Assembly: GCA_025362895.1 (NCBI GenBank)
Contig: JANYFA010000110.1
Location: forward strand, 1-55,912
DNA: 55,912 nucleotides
DNA from: Sphingomonadaceae bacterium
Lineage (GTDB): Bacteria > Pseudomonadota > Alphaproteobacteria > Sphingomonadales > Sphingomonadaceae
Direction of reading: 5' to 3'
Part shown: positions 10,377 to 19,986 of the stretch, one piece after another
Position numbering within the stretch: the first letter of the stretch is position 1
Layout of the letters: every line of letters starts with the position of its first letter
The notes under the pieces: model-generated
Databases searched by the model: none
The model's input: the letters and a program-made list of their open reading frames with translations, nothing else
What the model was told of the DNA's origin: nothing
Made by a program: the position numbers and the translations under genes

Positions 10377-11608
10377 TGCCCCATCCCCTGATCGCGCCGC
10401 CCCAGCAGGCGCAACCGCAGCGCGTTCAGCTTGATGAACCCTTCCGCATCGCGCTGGTCATACGCCCCGGCGTCGTCTTCGAAGGTGACGACCTTCGCCG
10501 AATAAAGCGAATGCGGTGACTTGCGCCCGACGACATCGGCGCGCCCCTTGTACAGCTTGAGCCGGACGGTCCCGCTGACCTTCGCCTGGCTATGGTCGAT
10601 CGCCGCCTGGAGCATCTCGCGCTCGGGGGCGAACCAGAAGCCGTTGTAGATCAGCTCGGCATACTGCGGCATCAGCGCGTCCTTGAGGTGCGCTGCGCCG
10701 CGATCGAGGGTGATCGACTCGATCCCGCGATGGGCCGCATGGAGGATCGTCCCCCCCGGCGTCTCGTACATCCCGCGTGACTTCATGCCGACGAAGCGGT
10801 TTTCGACGAGGTCGAGCCGCCCGATGCCGTGGAGGCGACCGAGATCGTTCAGCTTCGCGAGCAGCGCCGCCGGGCCGAAGCCCTCGCCATCCACGGCCAC
10901 GGGATCGCCGCGCTCGAAGTCGATCGTGATGTACTGCGGTGTCGCGGGCGCATCCTCGGGCGACCCGGTGCGTGAATAGACATAGTCGGGAACCTCGTCC
11001 CACGGGTCCTCGAGCACTTTCCCTTCCGAGCTCGTGTGAAGCAGGTTGGCGTCGGTCGAAAATGGCGACTCCCCGCGCTTGTCCTTCGCCACCGGAATCT
11101 GATGCGCCTCGGCAAAGGCGATCAGCGCCTCGCGGCTCGTCAGGTCCCACTCGCGCCACGGCGCGATGATGCGGATATCCGGGGCGAGCGCGTAATAGCC
11201 CAGCTCGAAGCGAACCTGGTCGTTGCCCTTGCCGGTCGCGCCGTGGCTGACCGCATCGGCGCCGACGGCTCTCGCGATTTCAATCTGCTTCTTGGCGATC
11301 AGCGGGCGGGCGATCGACGTCCCGAGCAGGTACTGACCCTCATACAGCGCGTTGGCGCGCATCATCGGAAAGACATAGTCGGCGACGAACTCGTCGCGCA
11401 GATCCTCGATGAAGATCTCCTTCACGCCGAGCAGCTGCGCCTTCGCCCGCGCCGGTTCGAGCTCCTCGCCCTGACCGAGGTCGGCGGTGAAGGTGACGAC
11501 CTCGCAGCCATAGGTCTGCTGGAGCCACTTGAGGATGACGCTGGTGTCGAGACCGCCCGAAAACGCGAGGACGACCTTTTTCGGTAGTGGCAGCGCGGTC
11601 GTCGGCAT
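10373..11608 (-). CDS. argG: Argininosuccinate synthase
   Basis: [50 protein letters not shown]. Confidence 0.98.
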   Translation of the reverse strand: MPTTALPLPKKVVLAFSGGLDTSVILKWLQQTYGCEVVTFTADLGQGEELEPARAKAQLLGVKEIFIEDLRDEFVADYVFPMMRANALYEGQYLLGTSIARPLIAKKQIEIARAVGADAVSHGATGKGNDQVRFELGYYALAPDIRIIAPWREWDLTSREALIAFAEAHQIPVAKDKRGESPFSTDANLLHTSSEGKVLEDPWDEVPDYVYSRTGSPEDAPATPQYITIDFERGDPVAVDGEGFGPAALLAKLNDLGRLHGIGRLDLVENRFVGMKSRGMYETPGGTILHAAHRGIESITLDRGAAHLKDALMPQYAELIYNGFWFAPEREMLQAAIDHSQAKVSGTVRLKLYKGRADVVGRKSPHSLYSAKVVTFEDDAGAYDQRDAEGFIKLNALRLRLLGRRDQGMGQ

Positions 11609-11735
11609 GCGGAAGTCCTCGTATAGCGGCGGCGCACCATAGCGGTGCGCCCTGTCGATGCAACGCGGGCGGCCTGTGAAATGGACCCGCCCGTCACCTC
11701 GCCTGCACCTGGACCTTAGCGCGGGCGGGAAACGC

Positions 11736-13121
11736 CTAGGGTGTGGCCGAACCCGCCGTCTCCGGCCCGACCATCTGCCACCCTCCCGCGCGCCGCAGAA
11801 GGACGAAGCGGTGATAAAGCAGCGCCGCCACCATGATGGCGGCGAGCATCACCTCGCCCCTCCGCCCGTCGGCGTCCTGCCACGTCAGAACCGCCAGCCC
11901 GGTTGCAGCGATCAGGCTGACGATGTTCGTGAGCGGGAAGAGCGGGGCCCGGTATGTCCCCGCCTGCCCGGTCAACCCGCGCCGTCGCCCGACCAGTCCG
12001 GCCCAGTTGAGCAGGGCCCAGTTGACGATGCCGTTGGCCGCCGCGAGTAGAACCAGCGCCCGCAGCCCGAACAGGGTGAACGCCATCGCCGTCGTGCCGA
12101 CGAGAACCGACGCGACCCACGGGGAGCCGAAACGCGGATGGAGGCGGCCGAGGGCGCGGTTGACAGGAGCGGCCCAGATCGCGTCACGCCCCGAGCTCCA
12201 CAGCCAGCGTCCATAGCAGATCACGGCCGCCATGACGGCGTTGAAGATGGCGGCCGCGATGCCCAACCCGATTGCCTTCGCCAACGCGGGCGAGGCGTGC
12301 TGCGCGATCAGCGCGGCGAACGGTGATTCGGCGGCGAGCGTCGCGGGCAGGTCGCGACCGCCGACGACGAGCGCGAGCATCGGCAGAATCATCGCGACGA
12401 ACGAAAGCAACGTGATTCGGACAACCAGCCGACCGACGCGCGCGGGGTCGCGCAGCTCTTCGCCGAAGTAGATCGCCTGTCCGGCTCCGCTGACTGCCCA
12501 CGACGCCGCCGATACCGCTCCGGCGGCGACGCCGAGCGTCAGCGGCAGCGCGGCGCCGTCGGCGAAGCGGATCGGCAGGGCGACAATCACTTCCAGCCCG
12601 CGCGCTGGCTCGGCGAAGCCGAGGACCGTTACGAGAGCAAGGGCACCGAGTTCGATCGCCAGGAAGATGCCCGTGACGACGGCGCCGGTGCGGATGTTGA
12701 TGATTGCGCCCGCCGTTGCGAGCACGAGCGCGGCGATTGCGGTCGGGATCGGCGGTAGCCCGGGGACGACGCCGCTAAGGTAGAGCGCGATGCCGCTCGC
12801 GGTCAGGGCGATGAACACCGGAGTCGAAAGCAGGTCGAGCGCGAACTGGACGACGCCCCATTGCGCGCCGAGTACCTGCCCGACGGTCGCATAGTCGCCG
12901 CCCGCGAAGGGGAAGCTCGAGCCAAGCTCGGCCTGGGCGAAGGTGAAGATCAACGTGAGCAACCCGCCGACGACGAAGGCCAGGGCCGCACCCGTTCCCG
13001 CCTGATGCACGATGTCGGCCCCGGTGACGAAAACCGACGCCGCTGGTGACAGGACCGACAGCGTCAGCAGCGCCACCGCAACGGGACCGAGCGTTCGTTC
13101 GAGCGATTTCGCCTGCTCCAT
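11736..13121 (-). CDS. APC family amino acid/polyamine permease
   Basis: About 12 TM segments; [37 protein letters not shown]. Confidence 0.85.
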   Translation of the reverse strand: MEQAKSLERTLGPVAVALLTLSVLSPAASVFVTGADIVHQAGTGAALAFVVGGLLTLIFTFAQAELGSSFPFAGGDYATVGQVLGAQWGVVQFALDLLSTPVFIALTASGIALYLSGVVPGLPPIPTAIAALVLATAGAIINIRTGAVVTGIFLAIELGALALVTVLGFAEPARGLEVIVALPIRFADGAALPLTLGVAAGAVSAASWAVSGAGQAIYFGEELRDPARVGRLVVRITLLSFVAMILPMLALVVGGRDLPATLAAESPFAALIAQHASPALAKAIGLGIAAAIFNAVMAAVICYGRWLWSSGRDAIWAAPVNRALGRLHPRFGSPWVASVLVGTTAMAFTLFGLRALVLLAAANGIVNWALLNWAGLVGRRRGLTGQAGTYRAPLFPLTNIVSLIAATGLAVLTWQDADGRRGEVMLAAIMVAALLYHRFVLLRRAGGWQMVGPETAGSATP

Positions 13122-13125
13122 CCGT

Positions 13126-13135
13126 CCCCCCCCCC
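13126..13135 (-). repeat. G10 homopolymer at RBS position of APC permease
   Basis: C10 on + strand; minus strand reads G10-ACGG-ATG. Confidence 0.9.
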
Positions 13136-13277
13136 GCCCGGACCCGGACGATGGCCCGAGCACGACGAGCGGGTCAATCTCCGAATATGAACACTTAACG
13201 AGGTTAACGCCCACGCACCGCTTTTGTCATAATCGAACAGTCAGATGGTAGACCCATGATCGGTTCGTTATGGATAT

Positions 13278-14225
13278 TTACCTCGATGCAGCCGTGATTT
13301 TGGCGGTCAGGTCGGGGACGAGCGTGAACAGGTCGCCGACGAGGCCGATATCGGCGACCTGGAAGATCGGTGCGTCGTCATCCTTGTTGATCGCGACGAT
13401 GATCTTGCTGTCCTTCATTCCCGCAAGATGCTGAATTGCGCCGGAAATACCGACGGCAACGTATAGTTCGGGGGCGACGATCTTACCCGTCTGGCCGACC
13501 TGATAGTCGTTGGGAACATAGCCCGCATCGACCGCTGCCCGGCTCGCGCCCAAGGCCGCACCCAAGCTGTCGGCGAGCGGATCCATGACTTCATGAAACT
13601 TCTCGCTGCTGCCGAGCGCCCGCCCGCCACTGACGATGATCTTCGCCGCCGTCAGTTCGGGCCGCGCGCTCGTGGTGAGGTCGGCGCTGAGGAACGTCGA
13701 CAGTCCGGCATCGGGGGTGACGGCAACGCTTTCGATCGGCGCACTGCCACCGCCTGTCGCCGCCTTGGCAAACGCCGTCCCGCGAACGGTGATGACCTTC
13801 TTCGCATCGCTCGACGTGACGGTTGCGATGGCATTCCCGGCATAGATCGGGCGGGTAAACGTGTCCGGCCCTTCGACCGACAGGATCTCGCTGATCTGCG
13901 CGACATCAAGAGCAGCGGCAACGCGCGGGCTGAGATTTTTGCCGCGCGTGGTCGCCGGGGCGACGAAAGCACTGTAGTTGCTCATCAAGCCGACGACGAG
14001 GGGAGCAAGGTTCTCCGCCAGCGCATGGCCGTAGATCGGCGCGTCGGCAAACAAAACCTTGGTGACACCGGCGATTTTCGCTGCCGCGTCGGCCACCGCC
14101 TGCGCGCCGTCCCCGGCGACAAGGAGATGAACTTCCCCGCCCAGCTCGCCCGCCGCCGTTACAGCGGCCAGCGTCGCATCCTTGAGAACTGCATTGTCAT
14201 GCTCGGTAAGAACCAGAACGCTCAT
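13278..14225 (-). CDS. etfA: Electron transfer flavoprotein alpha subunit
   Basis: [52 protein letters not shown]. Confidence 0.97.
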   Translation of the reverse strand: MSVLVLTEHDNAVLKDATLAAVTAAGELGGEVHLLVAGDGAQAVADAAAKIAGVTKVLFADAPIYGHALAENLAPLVVGLMSNYSAFVAPATTRGKNLSPRVAAALDVAQISEILSVEGPDTFTRPIYAGNAIATVTSSDAKKVITVRGTAFAKAATGGGSAPIESVAVTPDAGLSTFLSADLTTSARPELTAAKIIVSGGRALGSSEKFHEVMDPLADSLGAALGASRAAVDAGYVPNDYQVGQTGKIVAPELYVAVGISGAIQHLAGMKDSKIIVAINKDDDAPIFQVADIGLVGDLFTLVPDLTAKITAASR

Positions 14226-14971
14226 GCGATTGCTCCCATCACTTTCAATTTATCCACCAGTTCGTCGACCGTCTTGACCTTGACCCCGGCGGAACGCTTC
14301 GCCGGCTCGGTTACCTTCACGATCGTCAGGCGCGGGGTCGGATCGACACCATAGTCGGCCGGCGTCTTCGAATCGATCTTCTTCGCCTTTGCCTTCATGA
14401 TGTTCGGCAACGAGGCATAGCGCGGCTCGTTCAAGCGCAGGTCGGTCGTAATGACGGCGGGCATCTTCAGCTTGACGGTTTCGGCCCCGCCATCGACCTC
14501 GCGCTCGACCGTGACGAAGTCACCCTCAACGGTCAGCTTCGACGCGAACGTCCCCTGCGGCCAGCCGAGCAACGCGCTCAGCATTTGGCCCGTCTGGTTG
14601 GCGTCGTCATCGATCGCCTGCTTGCCGAGGATGATCAGGCCGGGCGCTTCGTCGGCGGCAATCTTGGCCAAAACCTTGGCCACCATCAAGGATTCGGTGG
14701 CCTGATCGGTCACGACGAGAATGCCGCGATCGGCCCCCATCGCCAGAGCGGTCCGCAGTGTTTCCTGGCACTGCTGCACCCCGATCGACACGACGACGAT
14801 CTCGGTCGCGACGCCCTTTTCCCGGAGCCGGATGGCCTCCTCGACGGCGATCTCGTCGAACGGGTTCATGCTCATCTTGACGTTGGCGAGCTCGACCCCG
14901 CTGCCGTCGGTTTTGACGCGGACCTTGACGTTATAGTCGACCACCCGCTTCACGGGGACGAGGACCTTCAT
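14222..14971 (-). CDS. etfB: Electron transfer flavoprotein beta subunit
   Basis: [56 protein letters not shown]. Confidence 0.97.
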   Translation of the reverse strand: MKVLVPVKRVVDYNVKVRVKTDGSGVELANVKMSMNPFDEIAVEEAIRLREKGVATEIVVVSIGVQQCQETLRTALAMGADRGILVVTDQATESLMVAKVLAKIAADEAPGLIILGKQAIDDDANQTGQMLSALLGWPQGTFASKLTVEGDFVTVEREVDGGAETVKLKMPAVITTDLRLNEPRYASLPNIMKAKAKKIDSKTPADYGVDPTPRLTIVKVTEPAKRSAGVKVKTVDELVDKLKVMGAIA

Positions 14972-15008
14972 TGCGTTCGCTTTCCCAAGGTTTCTACTCC
15001 CGTCTGTA

Positions 15009-15027
15009 GAAACGGCGGGCCCGTTTC
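15009..15027. terminator. Short hairpin between egtD and etfB
   Basis: GAAACGG-CGGGC-CCGTTTC 7-bp stem. Confidence 0.35.
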
Positions 15028-15032
15028 GTCAA

Positions 15033-15998
15033 TCATGGTTCGACCGGCGCGGCGTCGCGTCGCCATAGATGGACCGCAAAATAGTCTGTGGCGTCGGTCC
15101 AGACTGCGACCGGACTCCAGCCACCGGCACGAGCCAGCAACCGCGCCTCGTCGAGCGTCCATTTATAGCTGTTTTCGGTGTGGATCGTCGCCCCGGCGGG
15201 CAGCGCGAAGCGTCGGCCGAGAACGGTAAACTGGGTGGCGTGGACCGCGCGCAAGTGCATCTCGATCCGACCGAGGTCATGGTTGAAACGTGCATCGTGA
15301 ACAAACGCGGCGAGGTCGATTGTCCCGGAAAGTTCGGCGTTGATCCGACGTAAGACATTGAAGTTGAATGCGGCGGTGACTCCGGCGGCGTCGTTGTACG
15401 CGGCCTCGACGACTGCCGTGTCCTTGCGCAGGTCGAGCCCGACGACGAGCCAGCTATCGTCGCCAAGAGTGTCGCCGAAGGCGCGGAGGAGGTCGACGGC
15501 TGCCACCGGACCCAGATTACCGAGGGTCGACCCCGGAAAGAACCCGAGTTTGGCTCGGGCCGCGATGCCGATTGGCAGCGTGAGTGGTCGTGTGAAGTCG
15601 GCACTTAGCGGCAGAACCGGCAAATCCGGCAGCTTCGCGGCAAGGTCGGCGGCAGCCATTTCGAGAAATTTTGTCGATATATCAATGGGAACATAGGCGG
15701 ATGCGGCGACGGCGCGGAGGAACGGCGGCGTTTTGGCCGACGACCCCGAGCCGAATTCGATCACCGCGCGGCCCAAGCCGACGATGCTGGCGATGTCGGC
15801 ACTATGGTGCGCGAGGATGGCGATTTCGGTTCGGGTCGGGTAATATTCGGGGAGCCGGGTGATGGTTTCGAACAGCTCCGATCCGGCGCGGTCGTAGAAG
15901 AACCGGGCGGGGACGACCATTTGTGGCGCGGACAGGCCCGCGAGAACCGCAGTGGCAAAGTCGCGGTCGAGGTCGTCGTCGGGCGCAAAATCTAGCAT
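15033..15998 (-). CDS. egtD: L-histidine N-alpha-trimethyltransferase
   Basis: FFYDRAGSELFETITRLPEYYPTRTE, EFGSGSSAKT, FFPGSTLGN, AYNDAAGVTAAFN, IHTENSYK; TGATG coupling to egtB. Confidence 0.95.
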   Translation of the reverse strand: MLDFAPDDDLDRDFATAVLAGLSAPQMVVPARFFYDRAGSELFETITRLPEYYPTRTEIAILAHHSADIASIVGLGRAVIEFGSGSSAKTPPFLRAVAASAYVPIDISTKFLEMAAADLAAKLPDLPVLPLSADFTRPLTLPIGIAARAKLGFFPGSTLGNLGPVAAVDLLRAFGDTLGDDSWLVVGLDLRKDTAVVEAAYNDAAGVTAAFNFNVLRRINAELSGTIDLAAFVHDARFNHDLGRIEMHLRAVHATQFTVLGRRFALPAGATIHTENSYKWTLDEARLLARAGGWSPVAVWTDATDYFAVHLWRRDAAPVEP

Positions 15999-17260
15999 CA
16001 AACGTCCTTCGCCAGCCGCAGTCCGGAAAACTGCCAACGGTGGTGAGGTTGAAAGAAATTGCGTAAACTCAATCGGCTATGCCCGCGCGGAGTCGCGCAT
16101 GAAGCGCCACGCAGGACCATCTGACCGCTCATGAACTTACCATTATACTCTCCCACCGCGCCGGATGCCGGGCGGAAACGCGGGTAGGGAAGGAACGCGC
16201 TCGCCGTCCAGCACCAGACGTCGCCGAACAGTCCGGATCCCCCGCGCGGCGTGATCCAGCCGGGTCCGTCGAGCTGATTGCCGCCGATGGGATCATCGCC
16301 CTGCGCCGCTGCTTCCCATTCGAATTCAGTGGGCAGACGTGCGCCTGCCCATGTTGCAAAAGCATCGGCTTCATAATGGCTAATGTGCGTCACCGGAGCG
16401 TCGAGATTGCGCGGGGCGACACCGCAGGGGGTGAATTGCCCGCCAGTGTGGTCCCAGTATAGCGGTGCGGCGATACCTTCGCGCTGAACCCACGCCCAGC
16501 CGTCGGAAAGCCACAGCGACGAACGCCGGTAACCGCCGTCGGCGATGAACTCGGCCCAGTCGCCGTTGGTCACGCAGGCGTTGGCGAGCCGATAAGGTTG
16601 CAGCAATATATCGTGCGGCGGCCCTTCGCAGTCGAACGCGAAGCCATCCCCGTTACGACCGACCGGATGCACCCCGCCATGGTGAAACGTGTCGCCGCGA
16701 TCGGGGGGGACGCCCGGCGACGGCGCGGCGTCGTACACCGCGGGAAGCAGCGGGTTGCGCGAGAACAGGTGCAGGATATCGGTCAGCAACAATTCCTGGT
16801 GCTGCTGCTCGTGCGCGATGCCGAGGTCGATCAGATCGCGCGCCGGGCGGTCGAGGCGGCCCCATACGGTATCGAGTGCCGCGTCGACGTGGTCGCGCCA
16901 GTCGAGCACCGCGCGCAGCGTCGGGCGCGTGAGCACCCCGCGTTCGGCGCGCGCATGGCGTGCCCCGACGGCGTCATAATAGCTGTTGAACAAAAATCCG
17001 AAGCGGTCGTCGAACACCCGGTAACCGGGGACGGTCGACAGGACGAAAGTCTCGAAGAACCATGTCGTATGCGCGAGGTGCCATTTCGCCGGCGATGCAT
17101 CGGGCGTCGATTGCGCGCTGGCGTCGGCGTCGGACAGCGGCGCGGCGAGCGCCAGCGACAGCGCCCGCGTCGCGAACAGCCGGTCGTGGGGGAGATCGCG
17201 CATGAGATCGCGCTGAGCATCGCGCACGGGATAGGTCGTCGTCGCCGCTGCCGTCGCCAT
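15998..17260 (-). CDS. egtB: Ergothioneine sulfoxide synthase (DinB_2 + FGE-sulfatase domains)
   Basis: DASPAKWHLAHTTWFFE, FNSYY, HEQQHQELL, GEYNGKFM, RNFF...RWQFSGLRLA; start uncertain (17263/17260/17203). Confidence 0.95.
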   Translation of the reverse strand: MATAAATTTYPVRDAQRDLMRDLPHDRLFATRALSLALAAPLSDADASAQSTPDASPAKWHLAHTTWFFETFVLSTVPGYRVFDDRFGFLFNSYYDAVGARHARAERGVLTRPTLRAVLDWRDHVDAALDTVWGRLDRPARDLIDLGIAHEQQHQELLLTDILHLFSRNPLLPAVYDAAPSPGVPPDRGDTFHHGGVHPVGRNGDGFAFDCEGPPHDILLQPYRLANACVTNGDWAEFIADGGYRRSSLWLSDGWAWVQREGIAAPLYWDHTGGQFTPCGVAPRNLDAPVTHISHYEADAFATWAGARLPTEFEWEAAAQGDDPIGGNQLDGPGWITPRGGSGLFGDVWCWTASAFLPYPRFRPASGAVGEYNGKFMSGQMVLRGASCATPRGHSRLSLRNFFQPHHRWQFSGLRLAKDV

Positions 17261-17289
17261 CATGCCACCCTCGTCATTCTGGAGTAACG

Positions 17290-17853
17290 CTAGCGGCTCG
17301 CTCCGGGTACCCACAAAATATCACCGCCGGGGTTGGCGACGCGCGCGGCGACGAACAGGTGATCGGACAGGCGGTTGAGGTAACGGATCGCGGCCGGGTT
17401 GATCGGCTCGGCGCGCGCGGCCGTGACGGCAAGGCGTTCCGCCCGGCGCACAACGGTGCGAGCGAGATGAAGATACGCTGCCGCCGCCGTGCCGCCGGGC
17501 AGGATGAACGATGTCAGCGGAGATAAAGCGGCGTTCATCGTATCGATCTCGGATTCGAGCCGGTCGACCTGCGCTGGAGTTGCGCGCAGGCTCTTGCCGT
17601 CGACGGCGAAGTCATCGCCAGGCGTCGCTAGATCGGCCCCGACGTCGAACAGATCGTTCTGGATGCGCGCGAACATCGCGTCGAGGGCGTCGCCGCCGGT
17701 ATGGAGCCGCACGAGACCGATGATCGAATTAGCCTCGTCGACCGTGCCATAAGCGGCGACGCGCGCGTCGTCCTTCGCGCGGCGATCGCCCGAAGCAAGA
17801 CCGGTGCTGCCGTCGTCGCCGGTACGAGTATAGATGCGGTTCAGCTTGACCAT
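17290..17853 (-). CDS. PduO-type cob(I)alamin adenosyltransferase
   Basis: IYTRTGDDGST, YGTVDEANS, IQNDLFDVGADLA, FILPGG, ARTVVRRAER, YLNRLSDHLF. Confidence 0.95.
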   Translation of the reverse strand: MVKLNRIYTRTGDDGSTGLASGDRRAKDDARVAAYGTVDEANSIIGLVRLHTGGDALDAMFARIQNDLFDVGADLATPGDDFAVDGKSLRATPAQVDRLESEIDTMNAALSPLTSFILPGGTAAAAYLHLARTVVRRAERLAVTAARAEPINPAAIRYLNRLSDHLFVAARVANPGGDILWVPGASR

Positions 17854-17857
17854 GGCG

Positions 17858-17867
17858 CCCCCCCCCC
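17858..17867 (-). repeat. G10 homopolymer at RBS position of adenosyltransferase gene
   Basis: C10 on + strand; minus strand reads G10-CGCC-ATG. Confidence 0.9.
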
Positions 17868-17875
17868 TGTTGGCC

Positions 17876-18079
17876 TTATCCGTGCCGGTTCACCAGAAAC
17901 AGGATGATGATGATGACAATGGCCAACCCCTGAAAGGCGACGCGGTAGCTCATCATCCGGTTCGACTGGACGCCGCCGACGTCCTTACCGCGTGCCATGA
18001 TGATGATACCACGGGCAAGGACGGTGAGGGTCGCCAGCGCGGCGAGGATCATCAGAACGATAAGAATAGTCTGCTGCAT
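17876..18079 (-). CDS. Twin-transmembrane-helix small protein (HIG1 domain)
   Basis: TM-ARG...SNRMMSYRVAFQG-TM motif; usual position upstream of the adenosyltransferase. Confidence 0.85.
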   Translation of the reverse strand: MQQTILIVLMILAALATLTVLARGIIIMARGKDVGGVQSNRMMSYRVAFQGLAIVIIIILFLVNRHG

Positions 18080-18169
18080 GGCGCATCGCCTCTCGATTTA
18101 GGCTTAGGTGGGCCTTCGGACGCTAGAACGAAAGGGACAGAGTGCCGCGACGTGTGGCCAGCACGCGGT

Positions 18170-19063
18170 TCACACGCGCGGCAGCCATTCGGCGAGGATC
18201 GCATTGACCGCCTCCGGGGCTTCCTGCTGAACCCAGTGCGACACCCCCGGCAGTCGCCGGACAGTCAGGTCGGCGACGAAGCGGTCGGACCCGTCGAGCG
18301 TTTCGAGGCCGAGCGCGGTATCCGCCTCCCCCCACACGATCAGCGTGGGGACATCGACCCGTCCTCCATGGCCCGCGTCCATCGCCGCACGATGGCGGAC
18401 GGCAGCGCGGTACCAGTTGACCATCGCCGTCAACGCGCCGGGCCGCAGCGCGGCGGCGGCATAGACGTCGAGGACGGCGTCAGGGAAACGGCTCTTGTCG
18501 ACCGCCATGCCACGAAACGCGCGGCGGATCGCAGCGGCGCCGTTGAGCGCCAGCAACCGTTCGGGGAGCCACGCCAGCTGGAAAAAGGCGATGTACCAGC
18601 TCCGCCGCCGCTGCGGCCCGTGCCGGAGCGCCTCAGCGAAACACACGGGGTGCGGCAGGTTCATCACGACGAGCCGCGCGAGTGGGCGAACGCGCGCGAT
18701 CGCGAAGTGCCATGCGACCGCCCCGCCCCAGTCGTGGGCGATCAACGTCAGCGTTTTCGCCCCGCTCGCGTCGAACAGCGCGGCGACGTCGGCGACGAGG
18801 TGGTCCATCGCGTAGGCCGCGACGCCGACGGGCCGCGACGACGCGCCATAGCCGCGCTGGTTCGGTGCCCACACGCGGTAGCCGAGGCTCGCGAGCAGCG
18901 GCATCTGGTGCCGCCAGCTGAAGTGAAGTTCGGGAAAGCCGTGGAGGCACAGCGCGAGGTGATCGCCGCTGCCCGCCTCGGCGACCTCGAAGGTCAGCCC
19001 GTTGGCGGCGACGGTGCGGATGGCAATGCCGCTGTCGGGGTCAGGGGTCCAGCTGGGGATCAC
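18170..19063 (-). CDS. Alpha/beta hydrolase, epoxide hydrolase-like
   Basis: CLHGFPE, APNQRGYG, AHDWGG nucleophile elbow, WGEAD, SHWVQQEAP; GTG start inferred. Confidence 0.88.
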   Translation of the reverse strand: MIPSWTPDPDSGIAIRTVAANGLTFEVAEAGSGDHLALCLHGFPELHFSWRHQMPLLASLGYRVWAPNQRGYGASSRPVGVAAYAMDHLVADVAALFDASGAKTLTLIAHDWGGAVAWHFAIARVRPLARLVVMNLPHPVCFAEALRHGPQRRRSWYIAFFQLAWLPERLLALNGAAAIRRAFRGMAVDKSRFPDAVLDVYAAAALRPGALTAMVNWYRAAVRHRAAMDAGHGGRVDVPTLIVWGEADTALGLETLDGSDRFVADLTVRRLPGVSHWVQQEAPEAVNAILAEWLPRV

Positions 19064-19170
19064 GGCGCGACCGTAGCACCGACGCGGCGGGGCGTGAACC
19101 TGGCGTGCCCGCGGTCGTGCGTTAGACCGCGGGCAGCTTTTGGGTGGTCCGCAACCATCCCCCACCCACG

Positions 19171-19196
19171 GTCATGCTGGCCTACGCCAGCATGAC
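19171..19196. repeat. REP-like palindrome
   Basis: GTCATGCTGGC-CTAC-GCCAGCATGAC perfect 11-bp stem; same termini as element at 53558. Confidence 0.7.
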
Positions 19197-19413
19197 AGCG
19201 TCTTGGGTGATGGGGTTCGGGGCGAAAATCGACCTCCCACCTTCGGCATCACCTTGACGCCTGCTACATCCGGTGCTGTCATATGCACGACATACTTTCC
19301 GTATTAAAAGCGTGTCACGAATAACGGACGGTCGCGGGGCTTCCTCGCGGCCTTGAGTGCGACAAGGCCCGGGACCAACGCGGCTGCTTCATCAAGGGAG
19401 CGGGCGTAAGCGC

Positions 19414-19986
19414 ATGTATCATCCCAATCTGCTGTCGCCACCCGAAGCGTGCCCCGCGCTGGTCCTCAACGCCGACTATACGCCGCTGTCGTACTACCCG
19501 CTCAGCCTGTGGTCGTGGCAGACAGCGATCAAGGCGGCCTTCCTCGAGCGCGTCGACATCATCGCCGAATACGACCGCGAGATTCGCTCACCCAGCTTTA
19601 AGATGAAGCTGCCGTCGGTCATCGCGCTGCGCCAGTACGTTCGCCCGGCTACGCACCCGGCGTTCACGCGCTTCAACCTGTTCCTGCGCGACAAGTTCGC
19701 GTGCCAATATTGCGGTGCGCGCGAGCGGGAGGATCTGACCTTCGACCATGTCGTCCCGCGCGCTTACGGTGGGAGGACGACGTGGGAGAACGTCACCACT
19801 GCGTGTGCGCCGTGCAACCTCCGCAAGGGCGGGCGGACGCCGGCGGAGGCGCACATGCACCTAAGCCAGCGCGCGTACCAGCCGAACAACCATCAGCTGC
19901 AGGAGAACGGCCGCGCCTTCCCGCCGCATTTCCTCCACGCCACGTGGCGCGACTATCTTTATTGGGACAGCGAGCTCGAAGCGTGA
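19414..19986 (+). CDS. HNH endonuclease (McrA-like, alphaproteobacterial type)
   Basis: LVLNADY, FTRFNLFLRD, CQYCG, TFDHVVPR.GG.TTWENV..C..CN..KG. Confidence 0.92.
   Translation: MYHPNLLSPPEACPALVLNADYTPLSYYPLSLWSWQTAIKAAFLERVDIIAEYDREIRSPSFKMKLPSVIALRQYVRPATHPAFTRFNLFLRDKFACQYCGAREREDLTFDHVVPRAYGGRTTWENVTTACAPCNLRKGGRTPAEAHMHLSQRAYQPNNHQLQENGRAFPPHFLHATWRDYLYWDSELEA

Noticed and set aside
13195-13207. TTAA-N5-TTAA as a CtrA box
   Set aside because: Spacer is 5 nt, not the canonical 7
19263-19275. NrdR-box-like GCTACATCCGGTG upstream of the HNH gene
   Set aside because: Single degenerate copy; NrdR boxes are normally tandem
19414-19986. HNH gene as a mobile homing endonuclease
   Set aside because: No intron, terminal repeats or target duplication; it looks like the resident chromosomal family
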